Assembly (NCBI GenBank): GCA_963817385.1
Contig: CAWFOM010000010.1
Location: 224,001 to 288,000 of the forward strand
Reading direction: 5' to 3'
Origin: an uncultured delta proteobacterium
GTDB lineage: Bacteria > Desulfobacterota > Syntrophia > Syntrophales > UBA5619
DNA: 64,000 nucleotides
Shown here: positions 60,862 through 64,000 of the stretch, piece after piece
Layout of the letters: each line of letters starts with the position of its first letter
Position numbering within the stretch: the first letter of the stretch is position 1
Program-made: the position numbers and the translations under genes
The notes under the pieces: generated by a model
What the model was told of the DNA's origin: nothing
Databases searched by the model: none
What the model saw: only the letters and a program-made list of their open reading frames with translations

Positions 60862-61311
60862 ATGCAAATGAAATCCGCTAGTGAAAACTCTATAAGATGC
60901 ATCGTTATTCGGGAACCGACCGAGGAACAGGCCCTCCAGATTGCCGAAATGTATCGGATACAGGGATGGTGGCAGCCGCATGATGACGACAGGGAGTGCC
61001 TCATTCCACGGATGATTAGAGGTAGTCATTGCTTTGTGATTGCCGCGGATGGGGATACAATTGTAGGGATGGGAAGGGCTCTCAGTGACGGTATCAGTGA
61101 TGCCTATATACAGGACCTGACGGTCAAAAAAGACCGAAGGAACCAGGGAGTAGGAAGAAAAATTCTTCTCACGCTTCTTGAATGTCTTCGTGCCGACGGT
61201 ATATCCTGGATCGGACTGATCGCCGAGCCCGGTTCCTGCGATCTTTATAGCCATGCCGGTTTCCGGAAGATGAAGGAGTCGGTTCCTATGTTGATGACCG
61301 AGGAGCCATGA
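60862..61311 (+). CDS. GNAT family N-acetyltransferase
   Basis: VGMGRALSDG..AYIQD and RNQGVG acetyl-CoA motif. Confidence 0.85.
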   Translation: MQMKSASENSIRCIVIREPTEEQALQIAEMYRIQGWWQPHDDDRECLIPRMIRGSHCFVIAADGDTIVGMGRALSDGISDAYIQDLTVKKDRRNQGVGRKILLTLLECLRADGISWIGLIAEPGSCDLYSHAGFRKMKESVPMLMTEEP

Positions 61312-62219
61312 ATTTAAAACCGGTTACCGTGTCCGATTACGATACTATTAAAGCGTTCTTCGAGGATCAACCGTATAATCTCAGTATTTATTCTCCTGCT
61401 TCTCTCATCGCTTGGAGTAACCAGATCTTTCGGGCCTATTATACAGTAGTTGACGGGGTTCTCTTTATTGCCTGCGAAGCAGAGAAAAATCCGCGGGACA
61501 GTCATCTCATACTGCCGGTGTCTCAAAAAGGCTTTTGTTCGCCGTCCAATCTGCACCGTTACGCGCGACAATTCGGATTCGACCAGTACTGGTATGCACC
61601 TGGAGATTATCTTGGAACCCTCGACCCTTCAGAACTCGAAGCCTTTTTTATCTGTGAAGAGCAGAAGGAATTTGATGATTATGTCTATCTTACTGAAGAT
61701 CTGATCCGGCTCAAAGGAAACAAATTTTCCAAAAAGAGAAATCTCATCAATCAGTTTACCCGAGAATACCTGAGAAACGGCCGTATCGAGGTGGAGCATA
61801 TACGTCTGGAGCATGTTGAAGAATGCTCGCAATTTCTCGAAATCTGGTGTGAGAAACATGCTTGTGATACCGCACAGGAAAGCAACATCGCTTGTGAAAA
61901 GAGCGCCTTAATTACTACGCTCAATAACTTGAATCGTCTAGAATCAACGGGAATTCTGATCCGTGTCGATGGCACGGTCTCGGCATTCGGGATCGGCTCT
62001 CGTCTGAACCGATCAACTGGAACGCTCAATTTTGAAAAAGCCTTCTCAGAGATCAAGGGTCTCTACCAGTTCCTCGACAATGAGTGTGCGAAAAGACTTT
62101 TTAGCGAATTTAAGTATATAAATAAAGAAAGTGACATGAACCTCCCCAACCTTGCGGAATCAAAGCAGTCTTATAATCCCGTGATGCGCATCAAATCATT
62201 CTCCCTGACTCTCCGTTGA
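61308..62219 (+). CDS. DUF2156 / phosphatidylglycerol lysyltransferase-like synthase-domain protein
   Basis: DYVY..LKGNKFSKKRN, FEKA..KGLYQ and YINKESD..L..SKQSYNP motifs. Confidence 0.85.
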   Translation: MNLKPVTVSDYDTIKAFFEDQPYNLSIYSPASLIAWSNQIFRAYYTVVDGVLFIACEAEKNPRDSHLILPVSQKGFCSPSNLHRYARQFGFDQYWYAPGDYLGTLDPSELEAFFICEEQKEFDDYVYLTEDLIRLKGNKFSKKRNLINQFTREYLRNGRIEVEHIRLEHVEECSQFLEIWCEKHACDTAQESNIACEKSALITTLNNLNRLESTGILIRVDGTVSAFGIGSRLNRSTGTLNFEKAFSEIKGLYQFLDNECAKRLFSEFKYINKESDMNLPNLAESKQSYNPVMRIKSFSLTLR

Positions 62220-62479
62220 TCAATTCAAAGCACTTCACTATACATTATGAATGATGCGACGATAGGTGTAGATGTCGATTCAAGCAATAGAAGAAAAGTT
62301 CACGACGCGGCGAGTTAAAGCACAGCAAGATGACCGTGATGGCGTCTGATTGTAGCATCGGATGTCAATTCCGCGGATCGGACAGAAAAGTTCACAGACA
62401 ATAAGGATTTCTTCGGTGGCAGCCCACTTTGGTAGGGTAATCATTCCGCAGGCATTTACCGCTATAGGATCAGAGCTTC

Positions 62480-64000
62480 TTAGGAATGTGCAAGAACCGC
62501 CACATCCTTCATCTTCAACTGGATATCCGATGAACCATTCCAGATATTTATCTGCGGTGTGAAAACGATATCCAGGATCGCCGTGGAGAGTTCGTTAAGA
62601 AATTGTCCATTGCTGAACCAAATGGAATTCCGGGATACTCCGTCTGAGCTGACACGCATCTTAAGATGATTATTCCCGACAATGGAAGGGGATGCGACAA
62701 TGACATTTCTAACACATAAAACCGGTTCTGGATTCCTGCTGCCGAAAGGCGACAATTGATCGAACTGCGAGAGGAGTTCTTGGTTGATGTCTGTTAGGTT
62801 GCATTGTGCATCGATCGTCGTGCATGCCGTGAAATCTGCTTCCGGGCTGTTTTCATAAACGACTTCTTTTAGCAGAGATGAAAATTTTTCAATATCTTCC
62901 TCGCGTATAGAAATACCCGCTGCATAGCGATGACCACCGTAGGAAAGTAGAACGGATTCACAGCGCTTAAGCCCTTGATATATGTTGAAATCGGCAACAC
63001 TGCGCCCTGACCCCTTTCCGATGCCATCCTTGAGACTGATCAATATCGCCGGTCGTCCGAAGCGGTCGACCATTCTTGAAGCAACTATTCCAATGACTCC
63101 GGGGTGCCAATCAGGGGAAGCAAAAACCAACGGCCCGATCTTACCTGATTCGAACTGATCCCCTACTTTCTCAAGAAGATCATTGAATATTGTCTTTTCC
63201 ATGGTCTGTCGTTTGCGATTGAATCCATCGAGTTTCCTCGCTAGATCATCTGCTTGTCCCTGATTTTCCGCCAGGAGGAGTTCTACGGCCACTTGGGATG
63301 AGGCAATACGTCCGGCTGCGTTAATTCTCGGTATTAGGCAGTAAGATGCCTTGCCGGAATCGATCACCTGGTGCTCCAGCCCAGACACCGCCTTGAGGGC
63401 GCTGATGCCGATCCGACTGCCTTCCGTCATGAGTTCTAAGCCGATTTTCGCAAATATACGGTTTTCATCGACAAGCGGCGCGATGTCGCCAATTGTACCA
63501 AGAGCTACCAGATCGAGGTATTCCTTTAAATTCGGATAGCGGTCATTCTTCCAAAAACCTTCACGCCTCAAGGTACTGCGAAGGGCAATCAAAAAGTTAA
63601 AAACAATGCCGACAGCGGCAAGATTCTTGAACGGAAAGTGACAATCTGTTCGATTCGGATTAACGACCGCCACCGCCTCGGGTAGAGTGTCGGAGAGTTC
63701 ATGATGGTCCAGAATGATCGTGTCGATCCCGAACTTGCCTGCATGGGCAATCGATTCATGATCGGATATTCCGCAATCGACAGTGACGATAAGCCCTATT
63801 CCTTCCGACTGCATATGTTCCACCGCGTCCCTGTGGAGACCATACCCCTCAGCAATGCGATCGGGAATATAATGGGCAACGTTTTTATAGATCTGACGGA
63901 TAAAATGGAGGAGTACGACAACGGAAGTGATGCCGTCAGCATCATAATCGCCATAGATCACGATCTTTTCCCGTTGGTAGATGGCACGGATGAGGCGGTC
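62480..64000 (-). CDS. recJ: Single-stranded DNA exonuclease RecJ (5' end outside window)
   Basis: YGDYDADG, TVDCG, DHH, PRINAAGR and GGH motifs. Confidence 0.96.
   Translation of the reverse strand, partial: DRLIRAIYQREKIVIYGDYDADGITSVVVLLHFIRQIYKNVAHYIPDRIAEGYGLHRDAVEHMQSEGIGLIVTVDCGISDHESIAHAGKFGIDTIILDHHELSDTLPEAVAVVNPNRTDCHFPFKNLAAVGIVFNFLIALRSTLRREGFWKNDRYPNLKEYLDLVALGTIGDIAPLVDENRIFAKIGLELMTEGSRIGISALKAVSGLEHQVIDSGKASYCLIPRINAAGRIASSQVAVELLLAENQGQADDLARKLDGFNRKRQTMEKTIFNDLLEKVGDQFESGKIGPLVFASPDWHPGVIGIVASRMVDRFGRPAILISLKDGIGKGSGRSVADFNIYQGLKRCESVLLSYGGHRYAAGISIREEDIEKFSSLLKEVVYENSPEADFTACTTIDAQCNLTDINQELLSQFDQLSPFGSRNPEPVLCVRNVIVASPSIVGNNHLKMRVSSDGVSRNSIWFSNGQFLNELSTAILDIVFTPQINIWNGSSDIQLKMKDVAVLAHS

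Noticed and set aside
1..64000. CRISPR array, rRNA or integron cassette array
   Set aside because: No regularly spaced repeats, rRNA-like sequence, intI gene or convincing attC sites were seen by eye.

Overview
A 64-kb chromosomal window from an anaerobic deltaproteobacterium, probably Syntrophales, as judged by the Re-citrate synthase with a Cache domain and the hisS-aspS, comEC, pilS-pilR and recJ backbone. The left end carries the start of hrpA, a GH57/glycogen-synthase fusion, two tandem MTA/SAH-deaminase-like amidohydrolases and tRNA-Leu(TAA). Next comes a ~32-kb mosaic accessory region. It holds duplicated IHF and small-ORF relics, gene stubs, frameshifted genes, a eukaryote-type enolase, a MoaD-AOR/ThDP-enzyme/TTT-transporter/amidase catabolic cluster, and an IS1202-type element with a 16-bp target duplication. 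The right part is housekeeping DNA plus a Liv-type ABC transporter with an embedded acyl-CoA synthetase. Three signals stand out. (1) An unannotated Phe-rich leader peptide with a complete set of mutually exclusive hairpins precedes the ABC/acyl-CoA synthetase operon, suggesting a Phe-sensing attenuator that controls aromatic-precursor salvage. (2) The enolase is of the eukaryotic sequence type. (3) A long switch-like 5' leader with terminator and antiterminator sits upstream of Re-citrate synthase. All calls were made by eye; no searches or folding programs were run.
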